A stretch of DNA of 64,000 nucleotides from Corallococcus exercitus (lineage in GTDB: Bacteria; Myxococcota; Myxococcia; Myxococcales; Myxococcaceae): NCBI RefSeq assembly GCF_042231735.1, contig NZ_CP102577.1, positions 2,783,281-2,847,280 on the forward strand. The letters run 5' to 3'. Below the pieces are notes generated by a model. It did no database searches. It was not told the DNA's origin and saw nothing but the letters and a program-made list of their open reading frames with translations. Shown in pieces: positions 44,758 to 53,710 of the stretch (the first letter of the stretch is position 1; every line of letters starts with the position of its first letter). A program made the position numbers and the translations under genes.

Positions 44758-45603
44758 CTACCCTCGTTCCAGACAGAACAGCAGCGACTTGGGCTGCGCG
44801 GCCCGGCGGCGCGCGTCCCCCAGGTCCACCGCGCAGGCGAACTGGGTCCGCTTCCCCGGAGTCACCCGCACCGCGACCGCGTCGCTGTGCTCCAGGATGC
44901 GCCGCAGACCCAGGCCCGCGCCACCACCCGAAGCATCCACCTGCGCCTTCTCACCCCACGCCTTCACCACCCGCACCAGCGGTGACACCGACAGGCGGCC
45001 GAAGCGATCCGTCGCCTCCAGCCAGGCCCGGCCGTCCGCCACCGCCCAGGACAGCAGGCAGCGATCCTCCTCCGCCACCGACTGCACCTGTCCGCGCCGG
45101 TGGGCGTACTTCGGCTCGCCGCCCGCGTCCACCGGCGCGTCGAGCAGTGCGTTCACACCAATCTCATGGACGACATCCGCCACCCGGCTGGCCGCCGCCT
45201 TGGAGCCGCCGGCCTGGAGGACGCCTTCCGCCGCGCGCTCCCCCGCCGCCGTCACCTCCGCGACACTGCCCAGCCACGCCACCGACGTGGCGGCTTCCCG
45301 GGGAATCATGGGCTCGCCGCGCAGGAGCGCGCCGAGCAGCCGCGCCTCCCAGGCGGACGGCTGGCCGCCCTCACCGCGCGTGGCCAGGAGCAGCGCCGGG
45401 GGCTGCCGCTCCAGGAGCGCCGCGTGGGCGGGGGTGAACCGCCCGTCGAACAGCACCAGGTGCGGCGCCGCGTCGTCACCGCGCCCCAAAAGGACGCCGT
45501 CCCGGGCCAGCACCCCGGAGGCCTTCTCCAGCGCCTCCGGCGTGAGCGTCGTGTCCGGCGTCAACTTCAGGGGGGCATCCTTCACGGCGGCGACGGTATC
45601 CAC
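44758..45603 (-). CDS. two-domain protein with a C-terminal GHKL ATPase resembling RsbW/SpoIIAB (anti-sigma factor / protein serine kinase)
   Basis: N-box-like (VHEIGVNALLDA), D/G1-like (VADGRAWL), G2 (SGGGAGLGLRRIL) and a following beta strand (AVAVRVTPGKRTQFACAV), in the same order as RsbW. 4 nt from the kinase gene. Confidence 0.5.
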   Translation of the reverse strand: MDTVAAVKDAPLKLTPDTTLTPEALEKASGVLARDGVLLGRGDDAAPHLVLFDGRFTPAHAALLERQPPALLLATRGEGGQPSAWEARLLGALLRGEPMIPREAATSVAWLGSVAEVTAAGERAAEGVLQAGGSKAAASRVADVVHEIGVNALLDAPVDAGGEPKYAHRRGQVQSVAEEDRCLLSWAVADGRAWLEATDRFGRLSVSPLVRVVKAWGEKAQVDASGGGAGLGLRRILEHSDAVAVRVTPGKRTQFACAVDLGDARRRAAQPKSLLFCLERG

Positions 45604-45609
45604 AGCGCT

Positions 45610-48213
45610 CTAATAATGCAGTCGAACTTCGGTGAAGACGCCCAGCGGGGGGGCGGGGAAGCCGTGGGACTCCTCGTACTTCGCGTTGAAGAGGTTGGTG
45701 CCCAGCAGGGACACGGCCACGCGCTCGTGGACGTTGAAGCCCACGCGCGCGGTCGCGGTGATGTAGCTGGGCAGCTTCACGCGGGTGGTGGTGCCGGCGA
45801 TCTCATCCACCACGAAGCCCGGGTCGAAGCGCGGGCCCACGAACAGGCCGTACAGCTCCACGAAGGCGAACTTGCCGATGTTGGTGCGGCCGCGCAGGTA
45901 GACGCGGTGGGTGGGCGCGTAGTCCAGCGGGTAGCTGGCCCCGCCGCCCACGGGCAGCGCCTCGGCGTCCAGGAACTGGTAGGCCACGTCGAAGGACGAG
46001 TTGAGGGCCGGCACCTGCGCCGCGGCCTCCGCCTCGAAGCCCGCCACGCGCGCGTCGCCCAGGTTCTTGAACTGGGACGTGGAGCCGAAGAGGAGCTCCT
46101 GGTTGATGAAGTTGCGGGCGCGGTTGTAGAAGCCGGTGCCCGTCAGGCGCACCTTGCGGTCGAACGGCCAGAAGTCCACCGCCGCCTCCACCGTGTCCAG
46201 CGTCTCCGCGCGCAGGGCCGGGTTGCCCAGGAGCGTCGCCGCGTACATCTGCTGGTTGATGGCCAGCTCCGCCAGCGTGGGCGCGCGGAAGGCGCGGCCG
46301 TAGTTGGTGCGCAGCGTGAGCAGCTCCGGGATGGCGTGGAACACGACGCTGGCGCGCGGGGACACCTGGTCCGTCTTCGCCTCCCAGACCTTGGAGGGGA
46401 TCTGGTAGTTGTCGTAGCGGGCGCCCGCGCCCACCACCAGCCGCTCCGTGACGCGGTACTCGGCGTCCACGAAGCCGCCCAGGATGGTCTGCTTCGTGTC
46501 GTCCAGGGTCAGGCCGGGCAGCACGTTCTGGTTGTTCACCTGGTCGGCCTTCACGTCGCCGCCCACGGTGACGGACAGCTTGTCCAGGGAGAACAGCGCG
46601 CGCGCCTCACCGCCCAGGCGGCTGCGCTTGCCCAGCGTGTCCTCGAGCGCGCCGGTGATTTCGTTCTCCAGCGTCACGTTGCGGCGCTTGAAGAACGTGT
46701 AGGCCTGGGCGAACACGCGCACGTTGTCCGTCACCTGCTGATCCAGCTGCAGGGCGGCGTTCAGGTTCTGGACGTGCTCGTTGTCCTGCGCGGTGTAGTG
46801 GCAGCGGCCGCAGTTGCCCACGGTGGAGATGTTCTGGCCACCGGGCCGGCCGATGTTGCCGTCGGTGAAGTCCGCGTCCAGGGCGAGGGGCCCCACGCGG
46901 ACCTTGCCGTTCACCTGGTGCACCAGCGAGTCCTCGTTGGTGTCCGTCTGGCCCAGCTGCTGGTTGTTGAAGAGCTGCGGGCCGTCCGAGCCGAAGCCGT
47001 AGTAGCCGAGCAGCGCCTCCACCGGACCGCCGCGGCCGGCGACGTTGGTCTGCAGGCGCCACGTCTTGTCCTGGCCCGCGAGGATGCGCGCGTCGGCGCC
47101 CACGTTCTGGCCCTTGGCGATGAGGTCCGCGGGCTGGCGCTCGATGATGTTGATGACGCCGCTGAAGGCGTTGGAGCCGTAGAGCGACGAACCCGGGCCG
47201 CGGATGACCTCCACCTGCTTGAGGTTGGTCATCGGCGTCGTCTCATCCGCGTAGAACTGGCCCGTCCAGGGGTCCGTCAGCGGACGGCCGTCCTTGAGGA
47301 GCAGCAGGCGGTTGGACAGGTAGTTGGAGCCCAGGCCGCGCGCGCTCACCGCCGCCTTGCGCATGGAGCCCCGGCGGCACTCCATGCCGGGGAAGTACTG
47401 GATGGCCTCGCAGAGCGAGAACTGGCCGGTGCCCTCCAGCTCCTCCGCCGGAATCCAGGACACCGTGAGGGGCACGTCGGAGATGCGCTGGCTGCGCTTG
47501 GACGCCGTGGTGACGACGGCCTCGCTCAGCGCCAGGTTGATGTTCTTCTCCAGGTCGTCGCCGCCGCCCAGGTCCGGGCCGTCCAGGCCGGAGAGGCTGG
47601 AGGGCGGAGGCAGCGCGCGGTCCGTGGTGGGCTCCGTGAAGGGCGCGCGGTCCGGGACGTTGTCGGCCGTCCGGGGCTGCGACGACGGCAGCACCGCGCC
47701 CGTGCCCAGCGCCGGCGCGGGCGGCGGGTTGGACGGGATGTCGGTCATCAGCGGCCCGTCATAGGGCGACGTCGAGGCAGGCGTCCCGGGCGAGGCCACG
47801 GGCAGCGGATCCGCCACGGACGGGCCGACGCCAGGGCCGGCCACCGGGGCGGGCGGCGCGGGCGGCGGCTCGGTGGCGAGCACCGGCTCCTGCGGGGCGG
47901 GCGCGTCCGCGGGAATGGGCTCCGGCTCCACCGGCGGAGGCGGCGTCTTCGCGCCCCGGCGCGTCTTCGCCGTGCGCGGAGGCTTCGCCCCCGGAGTGGC
48001 GGCCTTGGCGCCCGGCGGGGTGGCCGCGCGCTTGCGGGAGGCCTTCGTCCGCGTCTTGGGAGCAGGCTCCTGGGCCTCCTGGGCCTGGGCCGTCTCCACC
48101 GCGAACAGCGACAGCGCGCAGACCACCAGCGTGAGGCATGCGCGCGCGCCCAGCCGGCCGGCAAACCCCTTCACCGCGCTGGTGCGCGGCCCACCGTACT
48201 CAGTCGAGTCCAT
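45610..48213 (-). CDS. TonB-dependent outer-membrane receptor with a long disordered N-terminal extension
   Basis: Signal peptide, then ~200 aa of Lys/Pro/Ala-rich low complexity. Plug domain (TonB-box-like ALSEAVVTTAS, RGPGSSLYGSNAFSGVINI) and a long beta-barrel. The start may be 48297. Confidence 0.8.
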   Translation of the reverse strand: MDSTEYGGPRTSAVKGFAGRLGARACLTLVVCALSLFAVETAQAQEAQEPAPKTRTKASRKRAATPPGAKAATPGAKPPRTAKTRRGAKTPPPPVEPEPIPADAPAPQEPVLATEPPPAPPAPVAGPGVGPSVADPLPVASPGTPASTSPYDGPLMTDIPSNPPPAPALGTGAVLPSSQPRTADNVPDRAPFTEPTTDRALPPPSSLSGLDGPDLGGGDDLEKNINLALSEAVVTTASKRSQRISDVPLTVSWIPAEELEGTGQFSLCEAIQYFPGMECRRGSMRKAAVSARGLGSNYLSNRLLLLKDGRPLTDPWTGQFYADETTPMTNLKQVEVIRGPGSSLYGSNAFSGVINIIERQPADLIAKGQNVGADARILAGQDKTWRLQTNVAGRGGPVEALLGYYGFGSDGPQLFNNQQLGQTDTNEDSLVHQVNGKVRVGPLALDADFTDGNIGRPGGQNISTVGNCGRCHYTAQDNEHVQNLNAALQLDQQVTDNVRVFAQAYTFFKRRNVTLENEITGALEDTLGKRSRLGGEARALFSLDKLSVTVGGDVKADQVNNQNVLPGLTLDDTKQTILGGFVDAEYRVTERLVVGAGARYDNYQIPSKVWEAKTDQVSPRASVVFHAIPELLTLRTNYGRAFRAPTLAELAINQQMYAATLLGNPALRAETLDTVEAAVDFWPFDRKVRLTGTGFYNRARNFINQELLFGSTSQFKNLGDARVAGFEAEAAAQVPALNSSFDVAYQFLDAEALPVGGGASYPLDYAPTHRVYLRGRTNIGKFAFVELYGLFVGPRFDPGFVVDEIAGTTTRVKLPSYITATARVGFNVHERVAVSLLGTNLFNAKYEESHGFPAPPLGVFTEVRLHY

Positions 48214-48447
48214 CGTTCTCAATTCCACGAGGGGAAGCAGGGATGTCCGCGGTCCGTGCGCCAGGATCCAGAGCCGGTGCGACTGGCAATCGTCCACAGG
48301 GGCGAGTTTCCGCCCCTGAACGGTGGCGTTCCGCTCGACTTCTCAAACTACCGCAATAACTCACCTAAGGCCAAGTCGTGGCTGTCGATCCAGGCAAATC
48401 ACGCGAACGGCGGCGGGAGCGCCGCGCGCGGATCAGCCACGGCGCAA

Positions 48448-49374
48448 TCAGTCATCCGGCTGTTCAGCGGACACGGCCAGGTCGTCCGCGAACGGCGGCA
48501 GCGCGGGACCCAGTGACTCGGACTGCACGAGCACGGGCGTCTCCACCCGCAGGTCGGGGGCGTCCGCGAGGACGGGCTGGCGGCGTGGGGGGCCCTGGGT
48601 GACGAGCTTGCGGAAGTCCTCGAACTCGCGGCCCTGGATGCGGGCGAAGGCGTCGAACGGGGCGACCACACCCACGGAGGACAGGGACTGGGACAACGCG
48701 TCCCCCCCGCCCTTCAGGTCCACCAGCACGGCGCCCGGCACCCGGACGCTCTTGAAGAGCACCCGCATGTCCCTGGGCACGTGCGCCACCGGCACGAGCG
48801 CGGCCTCCGCGCCCTTCGCCTCCAGCATCTTCACCGCCGACTCCACGTTGGGCACCGGCACCAGCTTGAAGTGCTTCTGGGCATCCAGGTCGCCGCCCAG
48901 CACGACGTGGGAGACGAACTTCGGATCCGCGGGGCCCGCGCCCTTCACCAGCGCCATGCGCTTGCCGGCGAGGTCCTTCACGGTGCCCTTCTGGGTGGAG
49001 ATGATGGCCCAGCGCTGCTGCGTCTCACCGGCGCGCGGCGCGTACGCCACGGGCTGCGCCTTGGCGCCCAGCTGCACCGCGGCCCAGCCGTCCACCACGG
49101 CGAAGTCGATCTGCCCCTCCCCCACCGCCTTGGAGAAGTCCTCGTAGCGGCCGAAGCTCTTGGCGCCCACGGGGCGGCCCAGGCTGGCCTCCAGCTTCTG
49201 GGCCAGGGCCTCCGCGTACTGGAAGCGCTCCTGGCCGTCCGACAGCGTGGTGGCGAGGAACACGCCCAGCGTGGCCTTCTTCGGCGCGGCGGACGCGGGA
49301 CGGGAGATGACAACGGAGAACAGCACGGCGGCGAGCAGGAGGCTCCCCCGCGCGACAAGGGATGGCGTCTTCAC
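48448..49374 (-). CDS. periplasmic PhnD/SsuA-like substrate-binding protein
   Basis: Signal peptide and type-2 periplasmic-binding fold features. It overlaps the TPR gene stop by 4 nt. Confidence 0.65.
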   Translation of the reverse strand: MKTPSLVARGSLLLAAVLFSVVISRPASAAPKKATLGVFLATTLSDGQERFQYAEALAQKLEASLGRPVGAKSFGRYEDFSKAVGEGQIDFAVVDGWAAVQLGAKAQPVAYAPRAGETQQRWAIISTQKGTVKDLAGKRMALVKGAGPADPKFVSHVVLGGDLDAQKHFKLVPVPNVESAVKMLEAKGAEAALVPVAHVPRDMRVLFKSVRVPGAVLVDLKGGGDALSQSLSSVGVVAPFDAFARIQGREFEDFRKLVTQGPPRRQPVLADAPDLRVETPVLVQSESLGPALPPFADDLAVSAEQPDD

Positions 49375-51896
49375 GGCGTCTCCTCCGCGACCCCGGTGGC
49401 CGGCGTGACGCCCTGTGCGTCACCCAGTCCATGGAGGCCCTGCAGGCGGTCCTTCCATTCACGCACCTGGGCGGCGCGGGTGCCCGCGCCGGAGGCCAGG
49501 TAGCGGCGCCAGGCCTCCACGGCCTCGGCGGGTTCATGCCGGCGCTCCTGCGCGTCGATGCCCAGGTTGAGCGAGGCGACGGGCACGGCGGTCTCCAGGC
49601 GCTTCCACGTCGCGAGCGCGGAGGCCGCTTCGCCCTGGCGCCAGTCCACGCACGCCAGGTTGTGCTGCACCAGCGCGTCGTCGGGCGTCGCGGCGAGCGC
49701 GGCCTTCAGCGCCTTCTCCGATGCCCTCATGTTGCCGGAGGCGTACGCGAGCGCCGCCTCGCGGCGCAGCAGCGCGCCGGTGAGGTGGCCCATCCACTTC
49801 GGCTGTCCGGGCATGGGCTTCTTCTGCGCGGCGGTGAGCAGCTTGCGCGCGGGCGCGACCTTGCCCTGGCGGTAGAGCACCCACGCGTCCGCGAGCGCGC
49901 GCGTGTTGGGCCACGCCCACTCCGGCGCCGGGGTGAGCGAGCGCTTGAGGCCGGCGGAGGCCTCCGCGAACCGCCCTTCTTCCGCGCGCGTGAGTGCCCG
50001 GGCGAAGGTGGCCAGCTTCGCCAGGTCCGTGCGCTTGCCGGTGCCCAGGCGGTCCACCGCGTCCAGGTCCCGGTTCGCCGCGGCCGCGTCGCCGGCCTCC
50101 AGCTTCGCCAGGGCCCGGCGCACCAGCACGCGGGGCAGGTTCGCCTCCGCCACCTTCGAGGCCGTCTTGGAGGGCCCCGCGTCCGTCAGCCGCTGCACGG
50201 CGGCGTCCACCTGGCCCAGCTCCACCTCCGCGAGCGCGGCGCCCGCGGACGCCTCCGCGCGCTGATCCGGCTCCTGCGTGGCCTCGCCGGACTGGGTGAA
50301 GGCGGCGAGCGCTCCTTGCGCGTCGCCACTGCCCAGCCGCGCGTAGCCCAGGAGCAGGTGCTCGCGCCAGGTCGCGCCCGGCAGCGTCACCGCGCCCTCC
50401 AGCACCTTGCGGGCCTCCGCGTACTGGTGGCTGTCCAGCAGCGCCGCGCCCAGGCGGCGGGCCATGGGGACGGAGCGGTCCAGGTCGTAGGCGCGGCGCA
50501 GGTCGCGCACGGCGTCGTCCAGGCGCTGCGTGCCGGCGCGGTCGCGTGCGCGGTGCGCCAGCGCCCGGGCCAGCCACTGCTTCGCGCCGGGGTGGCCGGG
50601 TTCGACCTGGAGCGCGCTGCCGTAGTCCTCGATGGCCTGGTCCCACTGGCCGGTGGCGAAGTGATCCGCGCCCAGCAGCATCCAGCCCAGCGCCTGGCGC
50701 GGGGCCATCTCCACCACGCGCCGGTGCACCTCCACCGCTCGCTGGTAGCGGCCGGCGCGGCGGTTGACGGAGCCCAGCGTCGCCCACAGCTCCAGGCTGC
50801 CGCCGCCCGTCTTCACCGCGGACTCCAGGAACTGGATGGCCTCCTCGTGGCGCGCCTGCGCCTGGAGCGCCTTGCCCACGGCGATCTGCCCCAGGAGCAG
50901 GCCCGGCTGCAGCTCCAGCACCTTGCGGAACTCCGCCTCCGCCTGCGCGGGCTGCTTCTGCGCGAGCCGCACGTCACCCAGCAAGAGGTGCGCGGCGGGC
51001 GTCGAGCCCAGCTTCATGAGCGCGGTGGCCTGGAGGTCCGCGCGCGGCACGTCGCCCGCGGCGAGGTACTGGCGCGCGAGGCGCTCCTTGGGCTCCGCCG
51101 CCTGCGGGTACTTCGTCACCAGCCGCTCCAGCAGCGCGCGGGCCTCCGGCACGCGGCCCTCCAGCTCCAGCACGGCGGAGAGGCCGATCTGCGCGGTCGC
51201 GGACTCGGCGCGGCCGGCCTGCGCCTTCTCGAAGGAGGCGCGCGCGGCGACGGCGTCGCGGCGGATGAGGTGCGCCTTGCCCAGCAGCTCGTGGATCTGG
51301 AAGTCGTTGCCCGCGAGCTTCTCCGGGCGCAGCACCAGGTAGCGCTGCAGCCGCGTCACGGCGCGGTTCCCGTCCTGGACGTAGAGGTAGTAGCTGGCCA
51401 GGTAGTAGTGGACGATGAGGTGGTCGGGCTGATCCGCGGCGGCCACCTGCTCCAGCACCGGCACGGCCTCCGGGAAGCGGCGCAGCTTGAAGTACGCCGT
51501 GCCCAGCGGGTACGCGAGCGACAGCTCCGACGGGTTCTGCGCGAACACCGGCTGGAGGCGGGCCACCGTGCGCTGGAAGTCCTGGAGCGCGTTGGCGGCG
51601 CTGCCCAGGCCCGCGGCGGCGTACACGGACTGCGGCTCCTGCGCGAGCGACTGCTCGAAGAGCTGGAGCGCCTTCTTGAACTTCTCCTCTGCCTCCTGCT
51701 TGTCGCCCTTGGAGAGGGCGGCGTTGGCGGACACAAGGGCCTGTTCGCCCTGCACCGTCATGCGCTGCGCCTCGGTGGCGGGCGGCGGGCGGAACTGGGC
51801 GAGCGCCGTCGGCGGGCCGGCCAGGGTGGCCAGCAGGACGAGCGCGGTGGAGACGCGGCGCGGGGAGCGGATGAATGGGCGCATGCGGTTCGTCAC
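49371..51896 (-). CDS. periplasmic TPR-repeat protein (841 aa)
   Basis: Signal peptide, then ~20 TPR-like helical repeats. It overlaps the upstream phosphatase gene by 4 nt. Confidence 0.75.
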   Translation of the reverse strand: MTNRMRPFIRSPRRVSTALVLLATLAGPPTALAQFRPPPATEAQRMTVQGEQALVSANAALSKGDKQEAEEKFKKALQLFEQSLAQEPQSVYAAAGLGSAANALQDFQRTVARLQPVFAQNPSELSLAYPLGTAYFKLRRFPEAVPVLEQVAAADQPDHLIVHYYLASYYLYVQDGNRAVTRLQRYLVLRPEKLAGNDFQIHELLGKAHLIRRDAVAARASFEKAQAGRAESATAQIGLSAVLELEGRVPEARALLERLVTKYPQAAEPKERLARQYLAAGDVPRADLQATALMKLGSTPAAHLLLGDVRLAQKQPAQAEAEFRKVLELQPGLLLGQIAVGKALQAQARHEEAIQFLESAVKTGGGSLELWATLGSVNRRAGRYQRAVEVHRRVVEMAPRQALGWMLLGADHFATGQWDQAIEDYGSALQVEPGHPGAKQWLARALAHRARDRAGTQRLDDAVRDLRRAYDLDRSVPMARRLGAALLDSHQYAEARKVLEGAVTLPGATWREHLLLGYARLGSGDAQGALAAFTQSGEATQEPDQRAEASAGAALAEVELGQVDAAVQRLTDAGPSKTASKVAEANLPRVLVRRALAKLEAGDAAAANRDLDAVDRLGTGKRTDLAKLATFARALTRAEEGRFAEASAGLKRSLTPAPEWAWPNTRALADAWVLYRQGKVAPARKLLTAAQKKPMPGQPKWMGHLTGALLRREAALAYASGNMRASEKALKAALAATPDDALVQHNLACVDWRQGEAASALATWKRLETAVPVASLNLGIDAQERRHEPAEAVEAWRRYLASGAGTRAAQVREWKDRLQGLHGLGDAQGVTPATGVAEETP

Positions 51897-53710
51897 GGCG
51901 TGGGGGCGGGGCTGAATTCGGCGACGATGACGGTGATGTCGTCGCGCTGGGGCTGGCCGGCGCTGTACGCGCGCACGTCCGCGAGGAGCGCGTCGCGAAG
52001 GGCGTCGGCGGGAAGGTGCGCGTGGGTCTGGAGCGCGGCGGCCAGGCGCTGCGTGCCGTAGAGGCGGTTGGCGCCGTCGCGCGCCTCGGTGAGGCCGTCC
52101 GTGTACCAGACGATGATGTCACCGGGGCTCAGCTGCGCCTGGCGCGACGTGAACTGCGAGGCGACGTTCGCGCCCAGCAGCGGGCCGCGCGCCGGCAGCG
52201 ACGCCATCTGCCGCGTGTTCCGGTTGTAGATGGCCGCCGCCGGGTGGGCGCCCGCCGCGTAGTCGATGCTGCCGCTGTACACGTCGATGACCGCGAGCGC
52301 GCTGGACATCTGGTGCTCGCCGCGGCCCACGTTGGCCAGCGTCACGTTGAGCGCGGTGATGAGCATCTGCGCGTGCACCTGCGACGGCTCGCGCAGCGTC
52401 ATCGCGGAGGCGAAGCCGCTGGTGGCGCTGGTGGCGACCAGCGACGTGGACAGGCCGTGGCCCGTCACGTCTCCAATGCCAATGACGACGCGCCGGTCGT
52501 CCAGCGCGGCGCGGAACCACCAGTCGCCGCCGCACGCGTCCGCGGGCACCACCAGCCCGGCGAGCCGCAGCGGGCCCACCGTCACGGCCTCTCGGCCCGG
52601 CAGGAGCGTCTCCTGCACGGTGCGCGCGAGCGACACCTCGCGCTCCAGCTGCGCCTTGGCGCGCACGTCCTCCAGGAGGACCTTGATGCGCTCCGCCATG
52701 TGGTTGAACACCACGCCCAGCGTCGTCACTTCACGGCCCGCGCCCGGCGCCGTGCCCGCGCGGGCGCCCAGGTCACCGGCGGCCAGCTGCATCACGCGGT
52801 GGGTGAGCACGCCCAGCGGCTTGGTGATGCGGCGGCTCTGGAAGGCGGCCAGCACGCCGGCCAGCACCACGAAGCCCACGCCCAGGCCCACGATGCGCAG
52901 CGTGTTGGCGCGCACCGCGGCGCGGTTGGTCTCCTCCAGTTCGTGCAGCTGCTTCTGCAGGTCCTCCAGCGAGTAGCTGATGACGACCACGCCCTTGCCG
53001 CCCTGCGAGCCGTAGTCGAGCGGCTCCTGGAACTCGAAGACGGGCTGGCCGTTGAAGAAGGCGCTGGCCCAGCGGCGCTCCGCGGTGCGGCCCCCGGAGG
53101 ACTCCCCCAGCTTGGCGGCCGGGTCGCTGTCCGCGACGAGCTGCCCGTCCGCGTCGAACATCTGCACGCGCAGGATGTTGCGGTTGTCCGCGATGATGGA
53201 GCGCGCGACCTCCGTGAGGAACGCGTAGTTGTTGTCGCGCAGGCTGGTGGCGGAGGTGAGCGCCAGCGTGTGGCTCACCGTCTGGCCCAGCTCGCGCGCC
53301 TGGGACTGCAGCCGCTGCGTGAACCGGTCCGACGTCGCGGTGAGCTGCGCCTCCGTCGTCTTCGCCGACAGCGCGGCCAGGAGGCCCACGATGATGATGA
53401 CCAGCGCGCCCGTGGTGAGCAGCAGCAGCTGATCCAACCGCAGCCCACGGATGGCCGCCACGTTGGGCAGCTCTCCGGCCTCCATGGGCGCGATGACCGT
53501 GCTCGTGGGCTCCGCGGCCGGCAGCCCCAGCGCCCCGGTCAGCCGGGTGGCCGTGTTCTCCCCGCGCAGGGCGGTGAGGTCCCGGGAGTGGGTGCCCGTG
53601 TACTCCGGCGGAGGGGGCGGGGTGCCAGGCCCTGCGTCGTGGGAATCTCCGGACGCATCGGGGGAATCTGGCACGGGGTCGAGGCGCGTGTTCGTACGGG
53701 ACAAAGGCAA
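51893..53710 (-). CDS. membrane sensor PP2C/SpoIIE-family protein Ser/Thr phosphatase (RsbU-like) with a periplasmic domain and HAMP
   Basis: Two TM helices flank a ~200-aa periplasmic domain, followed by a HAMP-like linker. The PP2C motifs are present (GGDWW, GDVTGHG, VWYTDGLTEA, DDITV). Confidence 0.8.
   Translation of the reverse strand: MPLSRTNTRLDPVPDSPDASGDSHDAGPGTPPPPPEYTGTHSRDLTALRGENTATRLTGALGLPAAEPTSTVIAPMEAGELPNVAAIRGLRLDQLLLLTTGALVIIIVGLLAALSAKTTEAQLTATSDRFTQRLQSQARELGQTVSHTLALTSATSLRDNNYAFLTEVARSIIADNRNILRVQMFDADGQLVADSDPAAKLGESSGGRTAERRWASAFFNGQPVFEFQEPLDYGSQGGKGVVVISYSLEDLQKQLHELEETNRAAVRANTLRIVGLGVGFVVLAGVLAAFQSRRITKPLGVLTHRVMQLAAGDLGARAGTAPGAGREVTTLGVVFNHMAERIKVLLEDVRAKAQLEREVSLARTVQETLLPGREAVTVGPLRLAGLVVPADACGGDWWFRAALDDRRVVIGIGDVTGHGLSTSLVATSATSGFASAMTLREPSQVHAQMLITALNVTLANVGRGEHQMSSALAVIDVYSGSIDYAAGAHPAAAIYNRNTRQMASLPARGPLLGANVASQFTSRQAQLSPGDIIVWYTDGLTEARDGANRLYGTQRLAAALQTHAHLPADALRDALLADVRAYSAGQPQRDDITVIVAEFSPAPTP

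Noticed and set aside
42618-48516. 939-aa (42618..45437) and 1138-aa (45100..48516) plus-strand ORFs antisense to the kinase, GHKL and TonB-dependent receptor genes
   Set aside because: Arg/Gly-rich low-complexity translations. The opposite-strand genes have unambiguous kinase and TonB-dependent receptor plug motifs.
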